Shown: positions 23,716-35,139 of the stretch, piece after piece | How positions within the stretch are numbered: the first letter of the stretch is position 1 | Layout of the letters: every line of letters starts with the position of its first letter | Source of the DNA: Macrostomum lignano | Lineage: Eukaryota | Assembly (NCBI GenBank): GCA_002269645.1 | Contig: NIVC01000111.1 | Location: 1 to 64,000, forward strand | DNA length: 64,000 bases | Reading direction: 5' to 3' | Translations under genes and position numbers: made by a program | Notes under the pieces: generated by a model | What the model was told of the DNA's origin: nothing | The model's input: only the letters and a program-made list of their open reading frames with translations | Databases searched by the model: none

Positions 23716-24417
23716 CTCTAACCGCTCTCTCTCAAACACGATCAGCTCTATCCTGAGAGGGTAGAAAAGTATTGCTTTACAGATTACAGCGAAGAAAAGG
23801 GCTTGAAAGCTCTAAATATGGCATTTATAACGTCCAACAGTTTGAACGTGGCTCTACACCATTGGAACTCGCGTTCCATTTGTACGCGAGTGCATTTATG
23901 TACCTAGCTGCAGTTGGTTATAACTATAACTTGCATTAGAAACTGGATTTAAAACACTATAGATAACGTCGCTCTTTAAAGAAACCGTTGGCCTCTCTGG
24001 AGAGATCAGGATCGTCTCTTTCTGGAAAATGTACTTTCTACTGGGGTAATTATTAACTGCAAGTCAAATGGACAGCAAATTCAAGTAAGTCCACGGTGGG
24101 CATTCCGACATTCCGACATCTGGAGGTTGCTAGCAAATGTCAATCGGGTGACGCGGCGTCATACAAACGTCGGTGAAATATGAAAGAACCCGTTTGTTAG
24201 ACGTCGCTGACATCGAGTTGCTGCACGGGAATAGGTCATAGGTGTATCGATTCATACCGCTTTTAATTGCACTTTTCACGATCAACTGGTCGCATTAAAC
24301 TTTAATGGGATGTAGCCACGACGACAAAAACTAGGCAGGCCTAGACCCATGGCCGTTAAGCATCTGAGCTAACGTGTAGCTAGTGAAAGATAGATGATTT
24401 TAAGTCAATGGATAAAT

Positions 24418-24513
24418 AATCAGCGGTCCCAGTGCGTGACAACGATTGTCCGGCGAGCGCCGGTAGGCGCGATCCCATAGACAAATCGTTGTCACGTGCT
24501 GCGACCGCTGATT
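24418..24513. repeat. Short foldback/MITE-like inverted repeat with about 33-bp arms
   Basis: AATCAGCGGTCCCAGTGCGTGACAACGATTGTC ... GACAAATCGTTGTCACGTGCTGCGACCGCTGATT. Confidence 0.6.
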
Positions 24514-25076
24514 CTTTGCATTGTTTTTCTGTTTGACGATCCTACAGACAATGCATTGTTTGTAGTAATCGATTGTTCTGCACTAAAATGTAAATAATGA
24601 TCGTCAAATTGCTAAACAATGGTTCCCTGCTCCTAACAGTGTCGGTTTCTAATACCCCTTTTGCTTCCTATTTGGCTTTTACAGCGTTCAAACGGGTGCG
24701 TTGAAAAACCCATCAAAATTCATTTTTACCATAGACTAAGAACTGAAATCACTACGGAGGCTATTTGGTCTATTCACTATCAGTTTAGTTGGTTTCACGA
24801 ACATAAAATTCCAAACATCTACATTCACGATCCTCTCTGTCCATCCGACTGGTTTTAGCGTAAGGTCCTCTACACCATTCTTTACTTTGACGTGGCCCAA
24901 ATTTCCAGTTAAAACCAACTTGATTTCTGTTGCCTAGGGCTTTCTATGGTTCGTCTAGGTACGTGCTCGTAAATATTTAAAACAGACGGTTACATTAATC
25001 TGCTACGTTAAAGTACTCATCTTTTCAATGCTTTTAAGACTTAAACGCGTTTTATAAGTTACTGCTTTTGTTTTAG

Positions 25077-27042
25077 AGCCCTTCCCAGTGACCAAGAGTT
25101 GAGCCAGCAGCTGCACTCGGCGCTCACTCAGTCAGGATTCGTGGAATCCAGAGCTGCTCTGCAAAGCGCTATTGCTGACGTGTTGCAGGATATCCTAAGG
25201 AAAAGAGATCACAATGAGCTCTTTGTAGTAGGCAGCTTCTCCGATGGCTGGGGCAATAACTTTAGGACCCTGGACGGCAGAACTGATGTTGACGCCGACA
25301 TTGACATGATGAGGCTGATCCCCGACAAAACGTATCACCCAAGAGGCATTTGCCAGTGTGATGGAGCGTACATCCAGCATGAGTATCGCAACGGCCACAT
25401 TCAGTGCTTCGGATTTGGTGAGACTTCACTTTTAATGCCTGCGCTTCTTTGCGGGATAAAAAATATTCCAATTCCAAATGACATATATTGATCTATTAAT
25501 ATAAACCCATTTTAACCCAGACTCTTTGATTCCTCGAAATGGTCATTTACACGAAAGTGGGTCAAATTCCCAAACATTACAAACATTATGCAAATGTTTG
25601 TACTATGCATTTTCACTGTACCAAACAATTAAATAACATGGGGACGAAAAATCTGACCAACTCTCACCAGAATGGTTTGTCTTTACCTTGGGTCATAAAT
25701 GCGCTCCGTTTGTGTTGCGTATTTTTCTTACTTTATGAATATTCATACAGTGGTTAATAGTTATTTATTATTTATTTAAACACTTACCACAGCCGCTAAA
25801 GGGTCGAGTACAGCTCTCGCGTCGCCTGGGTCCGCCCTAAGACCCGCCGTGGACCTGGTTTTCGCTTGTCGTCTCTGCCGCTATCCTCAGATCGTCTCAT
25901 TATCCAAATTTTTCGAGCCCGTGAGACGGTCGCTGGAGCAGGATTTAGAATCTGCCTCTCTGCCTTGTCACGTGGTGCTGGCAGCCTCACCTGGTCAAAA
26001 AGGAAAGGAGCTACGTGCGAGCACTAGCTTCCTTGAGAAGCGAACGTTGCGAAGCTTAAAAACTATTCAAGGTCAGCTGTTCGTCACACTTAAATATCTA
26101 GTCAAAAAGGTCATCTGTGACAAGTATGGCTTTAATGTAGAAGGTCTGAAGTCTTTCCACGTGAAAATCATTGCATTGCAAATGGTTCAGGAGACACCAA
26201 TGGAACAATGGAAGCCCGAGAATCTCGTGACGCTCACGAGACAGGCGCTGCAGATGCTGCTCAATTGCATAGAAGATAGCAACACGCCTGAAAACACTGA
26301 TGGTCGGATTTTGAGTCATATCTTTCTAAGAGATGCGGCAGTGTACCTCAAGGGTGCAGTCTATGGGGACAGAAACTGGACGGATCAGACTTTGAGAAGC
26401 ATCGCAAGCACATTAAGAACAGTGATAACTCTGCTCCCTCAGTATCTGATGCAGTTCATTGGTAGTCTCAAACGAGTGGTCGAGTTAGACAGGTTTTACT
26501 TCCATCCGTTTCAAATCCTGCCGGATCTGAGTCTTAGGTCCCTAGCGAATTCTAACGGCCCGATAGAGTACCATGAGATCTACGACGTGGTGAGGAAGTG
26601 CGTTGCGCAACTCTCTTTCGAAGATTGTCCAGCAACATCCCGGGAGTCTCTCATGAATCTGATTGCCAGGCTCCCAGACTGTGCTCGCTCAGCACGGGAG
26701 GCACTCAGAGCTCTGTTGCACTTTAAGTTCGGTGATCTGAATTCCGCATTGGAAGTTCTAGGAGAGTGCAGCCGCCACGCAGTAAGCAAAGGTATTGCGT
26801 GGTCTGCTTCAAAACCAGCTACCGAATTCACTGCAGAATATGTGTGGTGCCACCTGAAGAGTGTCGATTCTGCGTGGAGGTTCTGCTTTGAGTTCGATCA
26901 ATTGCCGAAGTTTAATTTTTTGACAAAATCTTTGGCAGACAGTTATCCTACTCAACTCAAAGATATTTGTGAAAACTACTTTTACGTGGACTTTGACAGA
27001 CTTTTGTTAGCGTTGCGACTCGAGCTCGAGCTAAAATGTTAA
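25077..27042 (+). CDS. Mab-21/cGAS-like receptor (cGLR-type) nucleotidyltransferase, paralog 1; start codon unresolved
   Basis: Exons about 25077-25417 and 25793-27042 (phase-1 intron). NTase motif GSFSDGW..DVDADID, third acid in DLVFA, and Mab-21 C-lobe LRASTSFLEK..LK..LKSFHVK..W..L..L.NC..HIFL, followed by a helical C-terminal extension. Confidence 0.85.
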
Positions 27043-27466
27043 CAAAGGTAAGCATGCGAACTTTTATGCCAACAGTACGAACTTTTTGATGAACAGATGA
27101 GCATATTTCAGTCTTTTTTGATTTTTCTCAATATCCTCACTATTCGTTAGTTTAACTACTTACAGTGTACTATGGACAACTGAAGTACATATAGAAAGAT
27201 GATACACTCCCTAGCTTAGCTTCAATAATATTTTTTTCAAACTTTAGATAGAAAAAATGTTGCGGATCAATGTAAACTAGCCACGAGTTTAAATTCTAAT
27301 ATTGACAATTGGCTGAAGAAGCTACAGAAAGCTGAGTCAAACACCGATATTAATAATAAATCTATATGACATTCCATTTGGATTTTTTACGCTGAAATGA
27401 TTTACAAACAAAACCTTATGTAATTGTACGGTGTTTTTTGACAGAATCCATCCTTTTATTTAAAAG

Positions 27467-29647
27467 CTAAACTCGGCGCTCACACTATCCGAATTTGTGG
27501 AATCCAGAGCCGCTCTTCAGAGTGCAGCCGCTGACGTTTTGCAAGAAATACTGAGAGAGAGACAGGAAGCGATGAAAACGTACACAGGTACGGATTACGG
27601 AGCTGCTTTCTTGGTCGGGAGCTTCTCGGACGGTTGGGGCAACAACTTGACAGCAATAAACGGAAGAACTGACTTAGACTCCGATATGGATGTTGTTAGT
27701 CTGATTCCAAAAAAATGTTTCATTTGAAATCGGTGTGCCAGTGCGATGGCGATCCAGACCCGTACGAGCTGATGAACGGCCACATCCAGTACTTTGGATT
27801 CGGTGAGTTCCGCTGCATATGCAATTTGTTCCTTACCTACGTTTCTTTCTCTCTTGTGACGGAGAAAACTGATCAGTTCAGAAAAATTCAGTCGCAGGTT
27901 TTATAATAAATTTTTGTGTAATAGTTAAGGACCAGCGCCCCCAAATTCCCCTTCCCTTCCTGGTCCCTTTCAATCTGCGGAGTCAGCGGAATACAAAACA
28001 TTTTTTCTTCAATCGAGCTCTTTACTGAGAGACTCAATTCACATCTACTGACCTGACATTTGTAAGCTACAGAAATTCTGAAATCAACACCGATTATCTC
28101 GTCCTCAAACCATCTCTATCTCTACCAAGCTGAACAAAATATTTGTCATTCTTTCTTCTGCTTTAAACCATTTATAGCTATTTTATCACTTTGTAGCATC
28201 GAGTCCTGCGATACCATTAACCGGGACAGCCCAGCGTCCAGCCGTGGACGAAGTCTTCGTCCCCCGTCTTTGCCGGTACCCTCCGATTGCGCCCCTGGAG
28301 CTGAGCCGACCGTCAAACATTCCCCAGTCCGTGTTGCAGAGTCTTAAAGACCTTGTAGAATCCAGCTCATCGCCATGTTTCGTGATACACGCAGCCTTTC
28401 CTGGGCAATGTGGCCAACAACTTCGTGTGAGCACCACCCTTCTTGAGCGGTGCATGTTACGAAGCATGACGACTTTGCAGGGTCAGTTGTTCGTCATACT
28501 TAAGTACTTTTTAAAGAAAGTATTAAGTCAACGGACAAGGGGCTTGAAGCCATACCACATGAAGACCATTCTTTTCCGATTGATGGACGAATTGCCCCCC
28601 GAAAATTGGAAAGCTGAGAATCTTGTGGATCTAACCAGGCACGCGATGCAGATGCTGCTTGAATGTGTAGAGAACAGCCGCTCACCTGATAATATTAACG
28701 GTGCTCTGATGAAGCACTTCTTTCTGGAGGACGTTGATGTTTTTCTAAAGGGTGCAGTAGACAGAGACAGAAGTATTGATCGGACTTTTAGTGGCATCTC
28801 GAACGCACTAATAGCAGTGATTGATGAGCTACCTCAGCTACTGTTGCAGTTTATCAGCAGCTTAAGACCTGCTAGTAATTCAGCTGCAAAACCTCGAAGG
28901 TTCAGCTTCCATCCATTCCTAATCCTGCCAGACCTGAGACCTGCAGTGCCCCTCACTATCTTAAACAGCCAAGAGTACCCAGTGCAGTACCACGAGATCT
29001 ACGACGTAGTGAGGGAGTGTCTGATGCATTTTTCCAACAGTGACAACAGCACGAATTGTCAAGCCTCACTCACAAGTCTGATCGCACGACTGCCAGACTG
29101 CGCCCTCTCAGCACGGGAGGCTCTTCGAGTTTTGACCTGTCTGAAGTTCGATGACCGAGAAGGTGCTCAGAGCATCCTGAGCCAGTGCAGAGGCCACTTG
29201 GTGTGCAGAGGCATTGATTGGTCGGCGGACAGGTCAGCAGCTGAGGCTACGGTGCAAAATGTTTGGGAGCACCTGACCAGCCAGAAATCCGCGTGGAAGT
29301 TTTGCTTTGAGTTCGACAAGCAACCTGAATTTCGGTTTTTGCCAGGGGCGCTGAAATACTGCTTTCCTATTCAGCTGCTGGCAAGTAGCGCTAAACACTC
29401 TTACATGAACTTTGACGCTCTTTTATGGGCCCTGCGATTTGAGCTGCAGACTGCAGAAAATCTACCGGGCGCTCAGGACTGGATTCGATTTATAGTAGCC
29501 GAAAGTGAGAATGACGATGAGCAGGAGCTGCTTGTTGCTATTCTGTACTCTCCCGAATCGAGACAAGTCTTGCTAGAAAGATTAATTAATATGAAAGGTG
29601 AAATTCCCGACTGGCTGATGGATGTCTGCTGTCGGGGAGTGGTTTAA
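27467..29647 (+). CDS. Mab-21/cGAS-like receptor nucleotidyltransferase, paralog 2; one -1 frameshift at A7 (27709-27715); 5' end unresolved
   Basis: Exons about 27467-27802 and 28197-29647, with the same intron position as paralog 1. Motifs GSFSDGW..DLDSDMD, DEVFVP, LRVSTTLLER, LKPYHMKTILF and HFFL. Confidence 0.82.
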
Positions 29648-30623
29648 AACTGATCAAATTTATGCCAACATTTCAATTCTTCTCCTAAATCAGTAAGCAT
29701 GAAAACTATAAACAATAGTTTACTTTGGCTGATAGTGTTTGTAAAGAGTTATTTTGGCAATTTAACTGAAATTCGCATGAATCCCGGACGCTACTGCTTG
29801 TAGTTAAATTATTTTTTCTATTGTAATTTTATTAGAAGTACTTTTAGTATTTATCTTGAGGCTATTGCGAATTCATTGTGCTTGCACTCTTTTGCTAACT
29901 TTTCATGACATTTGTTACGGTTCCGTATTTTCACGATTTTTTAAATATGTTGTCCAGTATACTAAAACTGAAGCTGTACCTATCTATCTAGCCATAGCAA
30001 TGCTCTCTTGAGCTTAGTAATAGACAGGACCAATTTTTGAATTTCATTTTTTACTATATTGACCACCTAAAATGTATGTATAGCTAAATGTTAGATTTTT
30101 ATACTGTATTCTACCACAATATTTAATTTTATTATGTATGGTTATGGTTTCTTATTCTTCTAAGAAACCTCGCGAGCATTGATAGGCTGTGTAAGTTGTA
30201 CACGTTCGTCTCCTATATGTAATCAATATGGTTTTGAAGTGATACATTTTGGCCCTGAAAAATTCCATCCTGTCTGAATGTACTTCCAACCAATCAATGA
30301 GATCTAAAAAACACAAGCTGATCCGACACGATCCCAAGTCTCAGCAAATTAAAAGTAGTCATGTACCATCTAAATTATTCCCCAATGCAAAAGACTGAAA
30401 ATGCTAGCTCATATATAAACCGATGTTGAAATTATTAAATCAAGCAAGAAGCTCGATTGCAATTCAGATAAAATATTCTGCTGCATACACTTTGTCATTT
30501 TAGTAGCCCCTTGGAAAACATCCCGATGATAAATACACCACTAATTGCTGATTCATATAATTTGAGATCAATCAGTGTTTCAAGACTGACGCCCTTCAAG
30601 GTTTCCAAGGTTGTGAATAAACT

Positions 30624-31984
30624 GAACGAAACGAAACGCGGCCCAGGCCAGTCCTCGTCGTCTTATCAGGTCGTCGGCAATGTCCAGCACGAGGCTGCCG
30701 AGGTACAGGAACCGCTGACAGCGGGTAAGCATGATTGCCTCCCCGGCAGTGTCTCGGTAGTTGATCTCGGCAGGCAGGTCCGAGGGCTCCGTGAAGACTA
30801 CCGTCTTCCGCGCGTTCAGCATGAGGCCGACTCGCGATGCTGCTGCCTTCAAGCCGCCCAGCAGCAGCTGAGCGCCTTCAGCCGTCGATGACAGCAGCGC
30901 GAGGTCATCCGCGTAGCCGAGAACGGAGAGCCGCTTCTCCGGGTGCCGCCGACTCGTGCGTCTTCTCAGCAGGAAGCCGTCATCCGTGTTGGGCAGGCCG
31001 GTCTTCAACACCCAATCCAATGCCAGCACAAACAGGAAAGGCACCAGAGTGTCACCCTGCAGCACGCCTGACGACGTGTTGAATTGGTCCGACAGTCCAT
31101 CTGGCGTCATCACCGAAGCGGTCGCATCCCGATACATCACCATGATGGCGGAAATCAGTTGTACATTGTACGCTCGAAGCACGAGAGGCAGCGCGACGCG
31201 AACCAGCGAGTTGAAAGCCTTGAGGAAGTCAATGAAGATCACCACGAGACTTTACTGATGGATGCGCGCCTCTTTGATGATCCGGCGGAGGGCTAGGATC
31301 TGCGTCACTGTACCGCGATGTGGGCGGAATCCGTTCAGCTCAGGGCGCAGAAACTGGTCCGACACAGGCTGCAACCGAGCTAGCAGCACGCGGTTGAACA
31401 GCTTCGCGGCGCAGGACATGAGCGAGATCCCCTTGTGCTCCTCCTTCCGTGTCGTGCCTTGCTTCTTTGGGATCGCGACTATGTGCGCGGTTGTCCACTC
31501 GCGGGGCGCGGCACCTCCAGATATATTGCGTTTCGTTCTGTGCGCTCCGTGCTCCATTCTGAGGTCCTGGATGACGAGACTGTCTTGTTGTACAACGCCG
31601 AGACCTGGACCCTGACGGACGCCCTGGAGAGGCAGCTGGATGCAGCGCATGCGGCCATGCTGCGTGCGGCGTTCAGAGTGTGCAGCGGCCCAGGCAGCGA
31701 GACCAACGGCGCGCTCTACACAAGGGTAAGCCTGATGCGGCCTTCTGACCTGCTGCGCGGGCGGCGAGTTCGATAAGCTGGCCACGTCATCCGGTCGGAG
31801 GCCCACTGCCCTGAGCCGCTATACGAAGTGCTACACGAAGGCGCGAGATATCCTGATGGGCTTTTGACCGATGCTGGCGCCCCGGGCTAAGCTGGGTGTG
31901 ACTTTTTGAGGGCTATGGCCCAGAGACGCGCTCTCTGACTTCTCCCCCCTTTCTGGCCACTGCGTGGCTGGCGGGTGAAGTATT

Positions 31985-32020
<36 letters not shown>

Positions 32021-32027
32021 TTGTTGT
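30624..32027. mobile_element. 5'-truncated, 5'-inverted non-LTR retrotransposon (RTE-like reverse transcriptase), decayed
   Basis: Minus strand 31520-30624 encodes KGISL..CAAKLFNR, NGFRP.RGT, IDFLKAFNS, GVLQGDTL.PFLF and YADDLAL. Plus strand about 31527-31900 encodes the downstream VLLYNAETWTLT..LDA.H..MLR. (TTG)n tail 31985-32027; TSD TGAA(T/C)AAACT at 30614-30623 and 32028-32037. Confidence 0.88.
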
Positions 32028-32341
32028 TGAACAAACTACAATATACACTCTTACAAATATATAAGGAAGGGTCGCTATCACATAGCTCAGATAATATAAG
32101 GCGTAGATATTCAACGAGTGTAACTTCTATTCTGATTTCCAAAAATACAAGTACTTTTAAATCGATCTTACAAGAAATTTAAATTTTTGAAAATTCCAGT
32201 TACAACACGCTGTGTACGTCAATGCCGCAAAAAGCGTATCATCGAATAATTAATGACAAATAGTTTTATTGCTCACCGTTGCTACCGAATTGTACTGCAA
32301 TTACATGTACTATTGTAATTTTGAGGTTTCATAAACCATGC

Positions 32342-34722
32342 CTATCTCGGGAAAAGCGGCAAAGTTGCTGTATCGGAGCCCCCGTAGGAGAAATAGGCCT
32401 TGCCAAACTCTGGAATGTACTTCCCGGAGCACCATTCCCCGTTGACGGTCGCCCTGGCAACGTACACGGGCTTGGCCTGGTCCGAGCCGCCGATCAGAGC
32501 GTATTTTGGGGCCTCGTCGCTGCCGCCACTCCACGGCACCCACTGGTATCCCGGGCTGCCAGACAGGCCGACATTGACGGTCTCGCACAGTACCTGCGCG
32601 CGTGTATGCAGTATGATGTTAGTTACTAGAGCTGCTATCAATTACGGGGGGGGGGGTCGTAGCCAAGTGGTTAGAGCGTCGAACTCGATCACGAATCGAA
32701 GGTCGGGGTTTGATTCCCGATCCCACTGGAACAATTTGTGTCTTTGAGCAAGACACTTAACTCTGCATTGCTTCAGTCCACCCTGCTGTAAAATGGGTGC
32801 CAGCATTAGCTGGGGTAATTGAGGGTGTGTGCAGCGACCCTCCCAGTCTTTGGACTGAACAGCCGTACGCAGCCTTCAGATGCGCCTCACAATAGCTGCG
32901 GCTGAGCTGTCGGTTGCACATCTGGCCCATTCGGGTCAGTCGGGTCAATCAATTATATTATTAATATTATAATCAATTCAATTATTCAAGAAAATCGGCG
33001 CGGCCAACAACAAAGCTTGGACACCCGTGACGCACGGCATTGCACAACTATCACAGGCCTTTCTACTAATCGTGCTGGTTGTGGGCGCGATTGATCTTTC
33101 AGAGGGGCCATGACTACGAGATCTAATCATCTCTGAGATTAGAAAGCTGCGATTGACAGATGCGTCTCTGTGGACCCGTCGATCTGTTGTTTAAGTTGAT
33201 CCAATGTTTATGAAAATTGTAGAAAGTGCAAAAGCAGCTTCAACTTGCTGGTTTGGGAGTCACCGATGACGCAACTGGACGCTTGGATGGACCATGTTAA
33301 TATTGCGCGCGATAGTGACAAAGATTCTGATACTGATACCAACAACTATTGATTCTTGTTAGTAATGAACACTTAATCATAGTCTATTTAGGGCCCATAT
33401 AGCAAAACAACGTTTTAGTTCGATTTTAAACTGTATTTCTTCCGCCGTCACTACACATTCTTAGTTTCGTTGCACCCAAAAAACTTTAGATCGTACGTAT
33501 TACGAGCTACCAACTGTGACGAAGTTATTAATATCTTTATTTTATATGAACTATTAGAAGATAATGTCGCGGAGTTATTAAGATGTTTTATTTAATACGG
33601 ACTATTGGTGCCGTGTTGAGCGTTAATTCAATCTAATGACAATACAAATATTGATATCGCTTTTGACGCTCTAGATAAGACTTTAGACATTCAAAATAAG
33701 ACTGCATAGGATCGCAAGCAAGGCCAGGCTAGCCACGGCCAGAGCAAGCCCAGTCTTGGCTGCAGGGATGGATATGCTATTCTGCTTCTTGTTTATTGCC
33801 TAATTTCTCCTTAGCTGTTTGTATGGTGACTGCCAAAAAGCAAATAAATTACGTTCACTCCCGGTCTCATATTGAGCGTCTTATTCTCATTTTGATATTC
33901 CATTTTTTAGTCTATGGCCAAGCCATCCCTGCAGCCAAGACTGGGCTTGCTCTGGCCGTGGCTAGCCTGGCGTTGCTTGCGATCCTATGCAGTCTTATTT
34001 TGAATGTCTAAAGTCTTATCTAGAGCGTCAAAAGCTATACTAATCCTAGCAATATAGCAAGACAGCTTTAGTGTAGCAATGCCTACTAGTTGCGCATATG
34101 CAAGATCCTATTGAGTCTATTAGCTCGAACTAACGTTGATGCCTGGCCTACAGAAGAACTAACACTCAGCGCGCGCGGGACACTCACACGGCAAAACTAA
34201 CAAGAAACCAAATTTGAATCAGACCAAATTTGAACAAAGATAAATTAATGAGGGAAATTAATTGAAAAACAGAAAGAAACATGAGACCAAAATAAATATA
34301 GTATTAACTATTAATTCCAACAGTAATCCTAAAACACAATAGAAAACTGCAATAACAGGGTTCGCTCGCATTTTTTTCTATGCAACTTACTGGCTCATCA
34401 TCCCTGATCACCCTGTTATTGCAGTTTTCTATTGTGTTTTAGGATTGCGTTGGTGGCGACATCTTTGTAGCCGACGACGTCACACAACCATTCTCACCTG
34501 GTAATCAGTGTAGGTCTTCTCCTCGGTGCCGTACGGTGCAAAGCAGAACTGGTGACCATTAGCCACCTTGCCCGGCAACTGTTCGCGCTCGTGTAGGCAC
34601 CTGGCTACAAAGACGTCGCCACCAACGCACACAGCGCCATCTGGGATCTCTCCATTGGCTGCTCTGATCCAGGACAGGCAGAGATCCACGCCTTTGCCGC
34701 TGCTGCTCTTGTAGATGCTCAT
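32342..34722 (-). CDS. DM9-repeat protein, paralog 2 (158 aa), last strand of repeat 2 replaced
   Basis: Exons 34722-34498 and 32593-32342; same intron position as paralog 1. MSIYKSSSGKGVDLCLSW..PGKVANGH..YQ|VLCET..GKYIPEFGKAYFSYGG, then unrelated SDTATLPLFPR*. Confidence 0.85.
32646..32955 (+). mobile_element. tRNA-derived SINE with a CORE-like central block
   Basis: A box TAGCCAAGTGG, B box GGTTTGATTCCC, then GTGTCTTTGAGCAAGACACTTAACTC..CAGTCCACCC.GCTGTAAAATGGGT. AT-rich tail; possible TSD ATCAATTA (32637-32644 and 32948-32955). Lies in the DM9-2 intron. Confidence 0.85.
33659..34035. mobile_element. Foldback/MITE with 113-bp near-perfect terminal inverted repeats
   Basis: 33659-33771 is the reverse complement of 33923-34035 (one mismatch seen); 151-bp spacer; no clear TSD. 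Confidence 0.8.
34325..34446. repeat. Perfect 36-bp inverted repeat with 50-bp spacer
   Basis: 34325-34360 is the reverse complement of 34411-34446. Confidence 0.85.
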
Positions 34723-35139
34723 GCTTTGCTTGCGTTTTTTCAAATGAAGATTATTGCCGAGTGCGGGTGTATCCGTTCTAGCCCGGTTGTAGAGCGGCCT
34801 AGCAATAGCTATTACATGCATGCAGCACCGCAACCTCATTCAGTCATGCAGCTGGACGTGGAAAGGAAAGTTCTACGCGTCACTCCTATTGCTTTGGCAA
34901 TGATTTTCTTGCGGTGACTAATAAGCTAGCATAACCGCAAATGTATTTGTTACTGCAGTGTCAGCCAGTAAGTGTTTACGTGACTCTGCAGTTGCCAATT
35001 GAGAGTCGTAGCCAAGTGTCCAGAGTGCCATAAATGGAAAGTAAAAAGTTACCTACGCAGGATCGCTTAGTAGCAGGCAGGGAGAGCAGAACTAAATCTT
35101 GATAGTCTGACCCACGACGGCGCCCTCTTCCCAGTAGCT

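Noticed and set aside
32646-32730. tRNA-like sequence
   Set aside because: Lacks a complete cloverleaf and continues into a SINE body; annotated as a SINE.
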